DNA of 64,000 nucleotides from an uncultured Nitrospinota bacterium (GTDB taxonomy: Bacteria; Tectomicrobia; Entotheonellia; J063; CAVPRW01). Where the stretch lies: contig CAVPRW010000025.1 of NCBI GenBank assembly GCA_963707985.1, forward strand, positions 160,156 to 224,155, given 5' to 3'. Positions within the stretch are counted from its first letter, which is position 1; every line of letters begins with the position of its first letter. Shown here piece after piece: positions 54,866-64,000 of this stretch. The notes below the pieces were generated by a model. It saw only the letters and a program-made list of their open reading frames with translations, was not told the origin of the DNA and ran no database searches. The position numbers and the translations under genes were made by a program.

Positions 54866-55010
54866 AAAACAACGGGGTCGGGGATCTGAACCCCCTAGTG
54901 GGAGTCATTGGGGAATGGCCCACTGAGGGATTAGCGCCAGCATCCCAGACTAAATCGTCCGGTATCGTTCCGTAGAAAACGGAGCGGCCGTTCCCGGCCC
55001 CGTTGTGTTT
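54866..55010. ncRNA. Candidate structured non-coding RNA (multibranch, about 140 nt)
   Basis: Closing stem CAACGGGGTCGGG/CCCGGCCCCGTTG encloses several hairpins; no ORF. Confidence 0.5.
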
Positions 55011-55013
55011 TTA

Positions 55014-55042
55014 AGCCTATCCGATCTGGATATGTATGTCAA
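55014..55042 (-). promoter_or_regulatory. Sigma70-type promoter
   Basis: TTGACA-17 nt-TAGGCT on the minus strand. Confidence 0.6.
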
Positions 55043-55244
55043 GTATTGAATTATATGTGGTATTCCGGTCGGGATATGGCCTTGTAGAAGTGTTATGCTA
55101 TCGATGAGCAAGAACTAAACAAAGAGCCTGACTACCTGTTTTGGTTTTTTCATCAGAAGTGTCTGTAAGGTTGCGCATCACCACCCGCGAGAGGCGGACG
55201 CGTGGACCTATCTGCCATGAAGGCTCTGGCATGGCGGTGACCGT

Positions 55245-56054
55245 GTGGCGACCATAGAGTTGGGTGGACGTGCAGGCGTGTATGAGACGCGAGGCCAAGG
55301 CATTCCCTTGGTATTCATCCACCAAGTGGCTACGGACCGTCGGATCTGGCAGTACCAACTTGCATCGCTCGCAGGCCAGTACCTCACGGTGGGTGTCGAC
55401 ATTCTGGGACACGGGGAACACGGGTGGCCACTAGGAGAGATGTCAATCGCGCAGGCCGCTGTCCATGTGCGGCAGTTGCTGGAGCAGGTGGTTCCGGGGC
55501 AGGCGTTCCTGGTCGGGGTCTCCATGGGGGCCGCCGTCGCGATGCAGTGTGCACTGATAGCACCATCATTGATCCGAGGTCTCATCCTTGTGAGTCCGTG
55601 GAGCCGCATTCGTGAACATACCAAAAGCCTGATTGATCGGCTCTTTCGGCTGGCTGAGTCGGGAAATATGGCGGCTCATACGGAGTTGTTGCTGCGATAT
55701 GTCTTCCCTCCTACGTATCTGGAGAGACATGGCCCAGAGGTGGAGCGAATACGGGCAATTGTGATGACCCAAGAGAGCAAAACCGTGGCCTACGCCTGGG
55801 CGGCATGCCTGGCATCGGATGTGGACGCTGAGCTGGGTGAAATTCGTGTGCCAAGCCTCGTGATCGCTGGGATGCATGATTTGTTGACACCGCCCTATCT
55901 GGCACGTGAGCTCGCCGCCGCCCTTGTCGAGGTGGAATTGGAAATCTGGGGGACCAGCGGCCATTTTCCTTTTTTGGAGGATGCCGTGCGCTTCAACCGA
56001 ACGCTAGAGATGTATGTCCGTCGCCACTCGACGCGAGCCGCTTCGGAGGGATAG
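55245..56054 (+). CDS. Alpha/beta hydrolase
   Basis: DILGHG, GVSMGA, G.HDLLTP, SGHFP. Confidence 0.85.
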   Translation: MATIELGGRAGVYETRGQGIPLVFIHQVATDRRIWQYQLASLAGQYLTVGVDILGHGEHGWPLGEMSIAQAAVHVRQLLEQVVPGQAFLVGVSMGAAVAMQCALIAPSLIRGLILVSPWSRIREHTKSLIDRLFRLAESGNMAAHTELLLRYVFPPTYLERHGPEVERIRAIVMTQESKTVAYAWAACLASDVDAELGEIRVPSLVIAGMHDLLTPPYLARELAAALVEVELEIWGTSGHFPFLEDAVRFNRTLEMYVRRHSTRAASEG

Positions 56055-56251
56055 CGCAGGTATGGTGGATTGGCTTGCCTGACCGCAAGCCTTAGCCATC
56101 GAGCCAGGGAGTGAGGTAAGTCTCACTTCTGTGTACATATGCGACGACGCACGAAGAGGCTGTTGTGCTGATGCCTTATGGTACTTCCAGACTGTCCTCC
56201 TAGGCGTGCTTGGTCAGGAAGCGCTTGAATAACAACAGTCCTAAAAAAGTA

Positions 56252-56371
56252 CGCTGAAGATTTTCAGGTCGCTGAAGATAGGCAAAACTGAAAGGGGCGA
56301 AGCCCATCTTTCAACGACTAACGTAAGATATTGTTTTTAAAGGGATAGTTGATTCCGACGGGGGCGAAGCC
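56252..56371 (+). promoter_or_regulatory. Leader with duplicated motifs upstream of the NusG paralog
   Basis: CGCTGAAGAT x2 (56252, 56270); GGGGCGAAGCC x2 (56294, 56361). Confidence 0.5.
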
Positions 56372-56376
56372 TATCG

Positions 56377-56949
56377 ATGACAGGAACCAGTAAAGATGAA
56401 AGATCACATGATCAGGCTGAGGCCCAAGGGAGAACGGGGGACCCAACTCCGGCATCCTGGTATGCCCTCTACACGAGGAGCCATTGTGAGCAGTTGGTCT
56501 ACAGCCAGGTTCTGGTCAAGGGCTTCCAGGCGTTTCTCCCCAAGATCGAAGTGTGGTCGCGACGTGCAGGTCGGCAACACCTCGTTTCCATGCCAATGTT
56601 CCCGAATTATCTCTTCCTCCGCCATGCGATGGATAAGGAAAGCTATATCGAGGTGCGTCAAGCCCGAGGGTTGGTACGTATTCTTGGGCAACGCTGGGAC
56701 CGCTTGAGTGTGGTCCCTGATGCAGACCTTGAAGCAATACAGAAGGTGGTGCAGGCTCGCCTACCGGTTCTCCCCCATCCCTATCTCACGGAGGGGCAAC
56801 GGGTGCGCATCACGAGTGGTCCCTTGGCAGGGACGGAGGGGATATTCATGCACCATCGTCCGGAGAAGGGGCTCCTGGTGGTGTCGGTTGACCTCTTGCA
56901 GCGGAGTATTGCTGTTGAGATTGATTGTTCAATGGTTGTTGCGGCATAG
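56377..56949 (+). CDS. NusG-paralog antiterminator (UpxY/RfaH/LoaP-like)
   Basis: WYALYTRSHCEQ, PMFPNYLF, KOW motif GQRVRITSGPLAGTEG. Confidence 0.9.
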   Translation: MTGTSKDERSHDQAEAQGRTGDPTPASWYALYTRSHCEQLVYSQVLVKGFQAFLPKIEVWSRRAGRQHLVSMPMFPNYLFLRHAMDKESYIEVRQARGLVRILGQRWDRLSVVPDADLEAIQKVVQARLPVLPHPYLTEGQRVRITSGPLAGTEGIFMHHRPEKGLLVVSVDLLQRSIAVEIDCSMVVAA

Positions 56950-57141
56950 AGCACTCAATGATGCGTCCTGCCTACAGCTAATCGTACCCCCATTTCTTTC
57001 ACTCAGACCGCGGTTCTGACCTTGCTCCACCGCCCAAAAGGGGACGAGGCGGCAGCGTGCTTATCATATCCAGCCCAACCGTTTGCACGAAGCTTGTGTG
57101 CTGCACCATAGAGCAATCGACGCTGTGATCAGAGGTGGGGG

Positions 57142-57429
57142 ATGGATTTGCTACAGGATGAAACTGGTATCGCCCAAAGTCGAGGACATGGGATAGGCAG
57201 CGCGGCGCGACAGCTCTGGGAGCAGTGGAAACGGCTCGCCAGAAAAATCGGCGACTTCCAGGCGCGGGTGCTGATGACGATTTTTTACTTCTTGATTCTC
57301 GGCCCAGTGGCCATGGTCCTGCGCTGGAGCAGCGATCCGTTGGCGATGAAGCCGAGCACGCCGCGGGGCTGGCGCGACAGCGATGCCAGGGAAGGGGTCG
57401 CGATGGAGCACGCGAGGAGGCAATCCTGA
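57142..57429 (+). CDS. SxtJ-like small membrane protein
   Basis: WKRLARKIGDFQARVLMTIFYFLILGP...DPL. Confidence 0.65.
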   Translation: MDLLQDETGIAQSRGHGIGSAARQLWEQWKRLARKIGDFQARVLMTIFYFLILGPVAMVLRWSSDPLAMKPSTPRGWRDSDAREGVAMEHARRQS

Positions 57430-59229
57430 TGCATATCCTTGGCATTTCCTGCTACTTCCACGATGCCGCGGCAGCTCTGCTCTGCGATGGTCAGCTCATC
57501 GCGGCGGCAGAGGAGGAGCGGTTTACACGGAAGAAGCACGACTATGAGTTTCCTGAGCACGCCATCAACTTCTGCCTGCGCGCGGGGGGGATCGCGCCAG
57601 GTGACCTGGATTACGTGGTTTTTTTTGAGAAGCCATTTGTCAAATTCGAGCGTCTTCTCCTCGCCAATATACAGACCTTTCCGCGCTCCTATCGCGTCTT
57701 CCGAGAGGCGATGGTGACGTGGCTCAGCGATAAGCTATGGATCAAGCACCACATCCAAAAACGCCTCGGGATCCCAGAATCGAAACTGCTCTTTAGTGAG
57801 CACCACCTCTCGCATGCGGCCAGTGCGTTTTTCTGTTCGCCGTTTGAGGAGGCAGCCATCCTTACGGTCGATGGCGTCGGCGAGTGGGCGACGGCGAGCC
57901 TTGGGGTCGGGAAGGGGACGGACATCCAGGTGCACCAAGAGATCCGCTTTCCCCACTCACTGGGTCTGCTCTATAGCGCCTTTACCGCCTTCCTCGGGTT
58001 TGAGGTCAACGAGGGGGAATATAAGGTGATGGGTATGGCCCCATTCGGGAGCCCTCGTTATGTGGACAAAGTGCACCAGTTGATCCAACTTAACGGGGAC
58101 GGAAGTTTTGAGCTCAACATGGATTACTTCTCCTTTCATTACTCTGCCGATCAGACGTTCAATCACAAGTTTGTGGAGCTGTTTGGCCAACCCCGAGATC
58201 CTCAGGCATACTTTTTCACACCGTCGAGTGGATATCCGGTCTATTTTGGCGAGAAGCCGGGTAACTATGCGGAGTTGGCTCGCCAGAACGACTATTACGC
58301 GGACATCGCGGCGAGCATTCAGGCGGTCATCGAAGAAGCTCTGCTGAACCTGGCGCAGCACGCCTACCAGACCACGGGCTTGAAGCGGCTCTGTATGGCC
58401 GGCGGCGTCGCCCTCAATAGTGTCGCCAACGGAAAAATCTTGCGCCAGACCCCGTTCGAAGAGATTTACATCCAGCCCGCGGCCGGAGACGGCGGTGGTG
58501 CCATCGGGGCCGCGCTCTATGCCTATCACATGGTGCTGGGTAAACCACGACAATTTGTCATGGAGCACGCCTACTGGGGAGAGGAGCACAGTACCGGCGA
58601 CATCGCCACGTTCTTGAGCAGAGGAGAACATCCCCTCCCACCGATTCGACGACGAAGACAGCTTGTTGGCCCATGTGGTTGACCGCTTGCAGGACGGGAA
58701 GGTCGTCGGATGGTTCCAGGGGCGTTTCGAATGGGGGCCCCGCGCTTTGGGCCATCGCAGTATTCTGGCCGATCCCCGACGGGCTGACATGAAGGACATC
58801 GTCAATGTCAAAATAAAATTTCGCGAGCCCTTCCGTCCATTCGCGCCGTCGGTCCTGGCCGAACGCACGGAAGACTATTTCGTGCTCCCGGAAGCCGGCA
58901 GACATTATCCTAGCCGCTTCATGCTCTATGTCGTCGATGTACGCGAGGACAAACACCACATCATCCCAGCGGTCACTCATGTTGATGGCACGGGGCGCCT
59001 ACAAACCGTGCACCAAGACGTGAGCCCGCGATATTACCGCTTGATCGACACCTTCGGCAAGGCCACGGGGGTGCCGGTCCTCCTCAATACTTCGTTTAAT
59101 CTGAAAGGCGAGCCGATTGTCAATACACCACGGGAAGCGTTCAAGACGTTTTCCCTCAGTGGGATGGACGTGCTGGTCCTCGGTGACTATGTCATCGAAA
59201 AGACTGAAGCTATGATGTCGGGGAGCTAA
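57429..59229 (+). CDS. Carbamoyltransferase (NodU/CmcH/SxtI family), one frameshift near 58620
   Basis: ILGISCYFHDAAA, EEERFTR.KH, HHLSHAASAF, GEYKVMGMA, GGVALN, EWGPRALG, FRPFAP, LNTSFN. Confidence 0.9.
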
Positions 59230-59234
59230 CATCC

Positions 59235-59414
59235 ATGCGGATCGTGGAAAGCCTCCTCAATCGTATGGGAATCGCCGGTGAGCTCCTACGGTTTTTTTGG
59301 CAGCGCAAGTGGTGGTGGCTCTCGCCGATGATCTTGATGCTGCTGTTCCTCGCGGCTCTGATGATCTTCGCGCAAAGTTCTGCCGTTGCCCCGTTTATCT
59401 ACACCTTGTTCTAA
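59235..59414 (+). CDS. DUF5989/SxtK-like small protein (59 aa, missed by the ORF track)
   Basis: MRIVES...RKWWWLSP...SSAVAPFIYTLF. Confidence 0.85.
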   Translation: MRIVESLLNRMGIAGELLRFFWQRKWWWLSPMILMLLFLAALMIFAQSSAVAPFIYTLF

Positions 59415-59588
59415 AGTGCTGTACATTCGATTGGTATAATTAGGCAGCCGGAGCCGGACGTCTGCAAGGGCAGGCGTTCCTGACCCGATCAGACTGGCCC
59501 TGGCGAGAGGGTCCCCACATGCACGAGAGCCGGGTTGCTCGCCTGAGGGTCAGGAGTCTAACCCAGAGGCCCGTCACGCTGCTTATCA

Positions 59589-59867
59589 TTGACCAGCTGG
59601 GTAACGCGCGGTACGGCGGCTCTTCTGAACTTGGTAGGCAGTATGGGTATTCCCCTTATCGATATGTATCCTGTCTTTCAGGAACAGAAAGAGCTGCGAT
59701 CGCTTTTTCCCTTTCGCGAAACTGGTCACGATAACGAAGCGGGTCACCGGTTAGTGGCAGAAGAAGTACTCAAGGTAATAGCTACCAGTAAGCTAGACGA
59801 CTCAAGAATGCCCTTCTCCTCCTCAGGGAGCATATATGCTTCCCTAAACACAGCAAGAGAAATGTAG
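59589..59867 (+). pseudogene. C-terminal fragment of an SGNH/GDSL hydrolase
   Basis: GIPLID...GH.NEAGHRLVAE (block V). Confidence 0.55.
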
Positions 59868-60253
59868 GCTCCAGTCATAACGACCCCGACCTGAAGGCAG
59901 GGGGGTCAGAACGGTCCATCTCCCCGAAGATCTGTTTGCTGAAGGCATGCATTTCGTGACTTCAGGACTATTCGCCTTGAATCCTAGGGTGCACCAGTTT
60001 ACCGTGCGGGAGGCGGTGGCTTTTCAAGTGGTCGAAAGTCCGGACGGAGACTCAGCGCGCAGTTCCTGGGCTGGAGAGCTCTACGGGGTTATGAGACCTT
60101 TCCTAAAGTGGACCACACGATTTCGTCGAGCTGCACGAAATCGAGTTGATCATGTTTGATCATGACGGATGGGAGGAACAGCAGCCAGGGAAGCGGAGTC
60201 CAGGCTTGCCCAAGGTAAAGGATACACGTCGGCTTTTTCCTGATGGAGGATTA

Positions 60254-61312
60254 ATGAAAATTCTGATTACCGGCAATATGGGATATGTAGGGCCAATCGT
60301 CGTACGGCGGTTACGTGAGGCCCATCAGGGTGCAACCTTGATCGGGTTCGATATAGGATATTTTGGGAATTGCTTAACATCACCGGGTATTCTTCCCGAG
60401 TGCCGACTGAATTGCCAATACTTTGGCGATGTCAGAACTCTCCCCGTAGATCTTTTATCGGGCGTCGATGCTGTCGTATATTTAGCGGCGTTATCCAATG
60501 ATCCTCTAGGGCATGCTTTCGAAAAGCCAACGTTCGACATCAATCATCGTTCTGCCATTGTGACAGCACAAAAGGCAAAAAGAGCGGGCGTAAAGGCTTT
60601 TGTTTTTGCCTCCAGCTGCAGTGTGTACGGCTACGCCGAAGATGGACCGCGAACCGAAACATCTCCCGTAAACCCACTGACGGCGTATGCGAAATCTAAG
60701 GTCTGGACGGAACGAGACCTTGCTCCCCTTGCCGATCCAACGTTTCAAATCACCTGTTTACGATTTGCAACGGCGTGTGGAATGAGCGACCGGTTGAGAC
60801 TTGATCTAGTCCTTAACGATTTTGTCGCCGGAGCCGTGGCGTCAAAAAAAATATCCATCTTAAGCGATGGGACTCCCTGGAGACCGCTCATTCATGTCCA
60901 CGATATGGCTCGGGCGATCGATTGGGCTATTCAGAGGGACCCAGCACTTGGCGGGTCGCACCTGACGGTTAACGTGGGCTCCGATCACTGGAATTATCAG
61001 GTCAAGGATTTGGCTGAAGCTGTCGCGCAGGTCATCCCGGGGGTAGAGGTGTCCATTAACAAGAATGCTCAGCCTGATAAGCGTTCCTACAAAGTGAGCT
61101 TTGAAAAATTTAACCAGTTGGCTCCCGACTACAGACCCCTGGTGGACTTAATGGCGGCGATCCGCGAATTGAAGGATGGACTCACCGCGATAGGTTTTAG
61201 CGATGATAACTTCCGCCAATCCAAATTCATTCGGCTCAACACCCTGACGCAGTTACAAGAACAAGGTCTGGTAACGGAGGCCCTTGAATGGGCGACTCAT
61301 GCGGCAAAATAA
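60254..61312 (+). CDS. NAD-dependent epimerase/dehydratase
   Basis: LITGNMGYVG, ALSNDP, SSCSVYG, YAKSK. Confidence 0.9.
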   Translation: MKILITGNMGYVGPIVVRRLREAHQGATLIGFDIGYFGNCLTSPGILPECRLNCQYFGDVRTLPVDLLSGVDAVVYLAALSNDPLGHAFEKPTFDINHRSAIVTAQKAKRAGVKAFVFASSCSVYGYAEDGPRTETSPVNPLTAYAKSKVWTERDLAPLADPTFQITCLRFATACGMSDRLRLDLVLNDFVAGAVASKKISILSDGTPWRPLIHVHDMARAIDWAIQRDPALGGSHLTVNVGSDHWNYQVKDLAEAVAQVIPGVEVSINKNAQPDKRSYKVSFEKFNQLAPDYRPLVDLMAAIRELKDGLTAIGFSDDNFRQSKFIRLNTLTQLQEQGLVTEALEWATHAAK

Positions 61313-62614
61313 GGGGCGCATTGACGTGGATGCGGTGCAGAGGACTCAAACCGGCTGTCGCTTTTGCGGAATCCCCTTGCGACATACCTTCGTGGATTTA
61401 GGCATGTCTCCCCTTGCTGAATCGTGGCTGAAACCATCTCAACTCAACCAGATGGAGCCCTTCTATCCACTGCACGTGTACGTGTGCGAACGCTGTTTTT
61501 TAGTCCAGTTGGAGGAGTTCGAAAGTCCTGAACATATCTTTAGTGAGTATGCGTACTTCTCGTCTTACTCCGAAACCTGGCTGCACCACGCTAAGACGTA
61601 CGTCGACATGGCGACGAGACGGTTTGAGTTGAATGAACGGAGTCAAGTTATCGAGATCGCCAGCAATGACGGCTACCTGCTGCGCAATTTTGTCGCAAAA
61701 GGTATCCAGGTATTGGGCATAGACCCGGCGGCGAATGTCGCCAAGGTGGCTGTTGAGCAGGGAATCCCGACCTTGGTGAAATTCTTCGGAGAGGACACCG
61801 CGCGTGAGTTGGTCCTCCAAGGGCTCCAAGCGGATTTAATCCTGGGGAATAATGTGCTCGCTCATGTGCCCGAACTCAATGACTTCGTCCAGGGCATGAA
61901 CATCCTACTCAAACCCCAGGGAAGCATCACGATGGAATTTCCCCACCTCTTGCAGTTGATAGCGAAGAATGAGTTCGACACCATCTACCATGAACATTTC
62001 TCCTATCTGTCGTTCACCACGGTCGAAACCGTTTTCGCAGCCCATGGGCTGACCCTTTTCGATGTAGAGGAGCTGCCAACGCATGGGGGATCCTTACGAA
62101 TTTATGCCCGCCATGCCGAGGATTCATCTCGGGAGGTCAGCCAGCGTGTGCGGGATCTCAAGTCCCGCGAGGAAACTGCCGGTTTAACGCGACTCGAGAC
62201 CTACCTTTCCTTTACGAAGAAGGTCGAAGAAACCAAGCATGCGCTATTGGATTTTCTCATTCGCGTCAAACGAGAAGGGAAATCCGTCACTGCTTACGGT
62301 GCACCTGCCAAAGGGGTTACGCTCCTAAACTATTGTGGCGTCCGTTCGGATTTGTCGACTATGCGGTTGACCTGAGCCCCCATAAGCAGGGACTTTACAT
62401 GCCGGGAATTCACCTCCCCATCTTTCATCCAGAGAAGATCAAAGAGACAAAACCCGACTATGTTCTCATTCTTCCCTGGAACCTCAAGAACGAGATCATG
62501 TGGCAGATGAGGCATATTCGTGAGTGGGGCGGTCGATTCGTAGTGCCCATCCCCGAAGTCGAAGTTTCCTCGCCAGTTCCTACAGCAGAGATTGATAGTC
62601 GTATCCCATCGTGA
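61284..62614 (+). CDS. NDP-sugar C-methyltransferase, frameshift near 62352
   Basis: CRFC...CERC Zn site, EIASNDG, YHEH, HGGS, YGAPAKG, PDYVLILPWN. Confidence 0.88.
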
Positions 62615-62634
62615 ACAGGAAAGGAAAACTGGCA

Positions 62635-63480
62635 ATGAAAGTCGTGTTATTCTGTGGCGGACTCGGCATGAGGCTGAGGGATCATGCCGAGAATGTGCCC
62701 AAGCCTTTGGTCAAGATTGGCACTATGCCCATTCTATGGCACCTGATGAAGTACTATGCCCACTATGGGCATAAGGAGTTCATACTGTGTCTTGGATATC
62801 AAGGCGAGGCCATCAAGAGCTATTTTCTGAATTACAATGAATGTATATCAAACGACTTCGTCCTATCGAATGGCGGCAAAAATATCAAGCTCTTAAGTAG
62901 TGATATCCAAGACTGGAAAATTCACTTCGTAAACACCGGGCTCCAATCCAATATTGCACAGAGGTTAAAAGCGGTTCAGAGCTTTCTCAATGGTGAAGAT
63001 GAGTTCCTGGCCAATTACTGTGATGGGCTTACAGATCTACATCTACCCAACCTTATCGATTATTTTCACAGGAAGGACAAGATAGCAACGTTTTTGAATG
63101 TCAGACCTAATCTGAGCTTTCACTTCATTAATATCAAAAATGGTGGTACGGTGACAGCCATAAAAAACATTCAGAATTCGAATATCCGCATCAACGGCGG
63201 GTATTACGTCTTCAAGAATACTATCTTTAAATATTTGGACGGCGAACAGGATTTGGTCGAGGAGCCTTTTGAACGGTTAATCCAAGAAGAACAACTCACA
63301 GCTTATAAATATGATGGGTTTTGGGCATGCATGGACACATTCAAAGATAAACAACTCCTTGAGGATATGTACGCTACCGGCAACATACCCTGGCATGTAT
63401 GGAAGACAGAGCCGATGGCTCGCGCCTCCAAATCCCATCTGGTGTCAATTCCCTCTCCTGCGTCGAAGCATGGTTCATGA
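62635..63480 (+). CDS. rfbF: Glucose-1-phosphate cytidylyltransferase-like
   Basis: LFCGGLGMRL...PKPL, INGG, GFWACMDT. Confidence 0.85.
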   Translation: MKVVLFCGGLGMRLRDHAENVPKPLVKIGTMPILWHLMKYYAHYGHKEFILCLGYQGEAIKSYFLNYNECISNDFVLSNGGKNIKLLSSDIQDWKIHFVNTGLQSNIAQRLKAVQSFLNGEDEFLANYCDGLTDLHLPNLIDYFHRKDKIATFLNVRPNLSFHFINIKNGGTVTAIKNIQNSNIRINGGYYVFKNTIFKYLDGEQDLVEEPFERLIQEEQLTAYKYDGFWACMDTFKDKQLLEDMYATGNIPWHVWKTEPMARASKSHLVSIPSPASKHGS

Positions 63481-64000
63481 TCCGACTGGTTCTGGACAAA
63501 CAGAAATCTCCACTTAAAATCCTCTGCTTGGGATCGCATTGTGACGACATCGAGATTGGATGCGGTGGGACGCTTTTAAGGCTAATTCAAGACTATCCTG
63601 GCAATATAATTGCCCACTGGGTGGTTTTCAGCTCAAACCCTGAGAGGGAGCAGGAGGCGATTCGGAGTGCACAAGCTTTCCTAAAGGAAACCAAACAACA
63701 AGAGATAGTCATTAATGACTTTGAAGATAGTTTCTTCCCTTATCTAGGCAGAGAGATCAAGCAATACATGCACCAGTTGGGCCGCGAATTTTCCCCTGAT
63801 CTCATCTTTACGCATTACAGACAGGATTTACATCAAGATCACCGCCTGATTTCGGAGCTGACTTGGAATGTCTTTAGAGATCACTGGATCCTGGAATATG
63901 AGATTCCCAAATACGATGGCGACCTGGGTTCCCCTAATGTCTTCGTGCCATTAGAGGCGTCGATCTGCCGTAGTAAAATTGACTACCTCATCAATTCTTT
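63477..64000 (+). CDS. PIG-L-family deacetylase (runs off window)
   Basis: LCLGSHCDDIEIGCGG, D.HQDH, YEIPKYDGDLG. Confidence 0.85.
   Translation, partial: MIRLVLDKQKSPLKILCLGSHCDDIEIGCGGTLLRLIQDYPGNIIAHWVVFSSNPEREQEAIRSAQAFLKETKQQEIVINDFEDSFFPYLGREIKQYMHQLGREFSPDLIFTHYRQDLHQDHRLISELTWNVFRDHWILEYEIPKYDGDLGSPNVFVPLEASICRSKIDYLINS

Noticed and set aside
54870..55005. tRNA or tmRNA on the minus strand (GGGG-TTCAGAT-CCCC resembles a T-arm)
   Set aside because: No invariant A58, no D or anticodon arm pattern, no CCA end, and the wrong length.
57142..59867. Saxitoxin gene cluster
   Set aside because: Only the widespread IJK(L)-like block is present; there is no sxtA or sxtG, and the context is sugar biosynthesis.

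Overview
GC-rich bacterial window; the gene content suggests a soil Tectomicrobia/Deltaproteobacteria-like organism, but this is an inference. From left to right it holds an MFS/OsmC pair and a KimA-TrkA K+ locus interrupted by a UGSC-type selenoprotein pair. Next come csp, a CCA-adding-type enzyme, an IS-scarred accessory region, and a decaying protein quality-control island (dnaK/dnaJ/lon chimera, a UxxC seleno-glutaredoxin-PDZ, M16 peptidases, clpB). Two integron-type cassettes follow, then a citrate synthase-PrpF-aconitase-MetE-like-ThDP enzyme operon, assorted hydrolases and oxidoreductases, IS remnants, a candidate structured ncRNA, and the start of a NusG-paralog-led polysaccharide locus with a carbamoyltransferase module. 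The top finding is a translationally coupled SAM-methyltransferase + UG/Abi(DRT)-like reverse transcriptase pair (29359-32030). It has a 216-nt non-coding leader and sits in a 3.04-kb attC-bounded cassette whose ends are defined by a perfect 12-bp complementary pair (29142-29153 / 32081-32092). It is a candidate undescribed anti-phage RT system. All calls come from reading motifs by eye; no searches were run.
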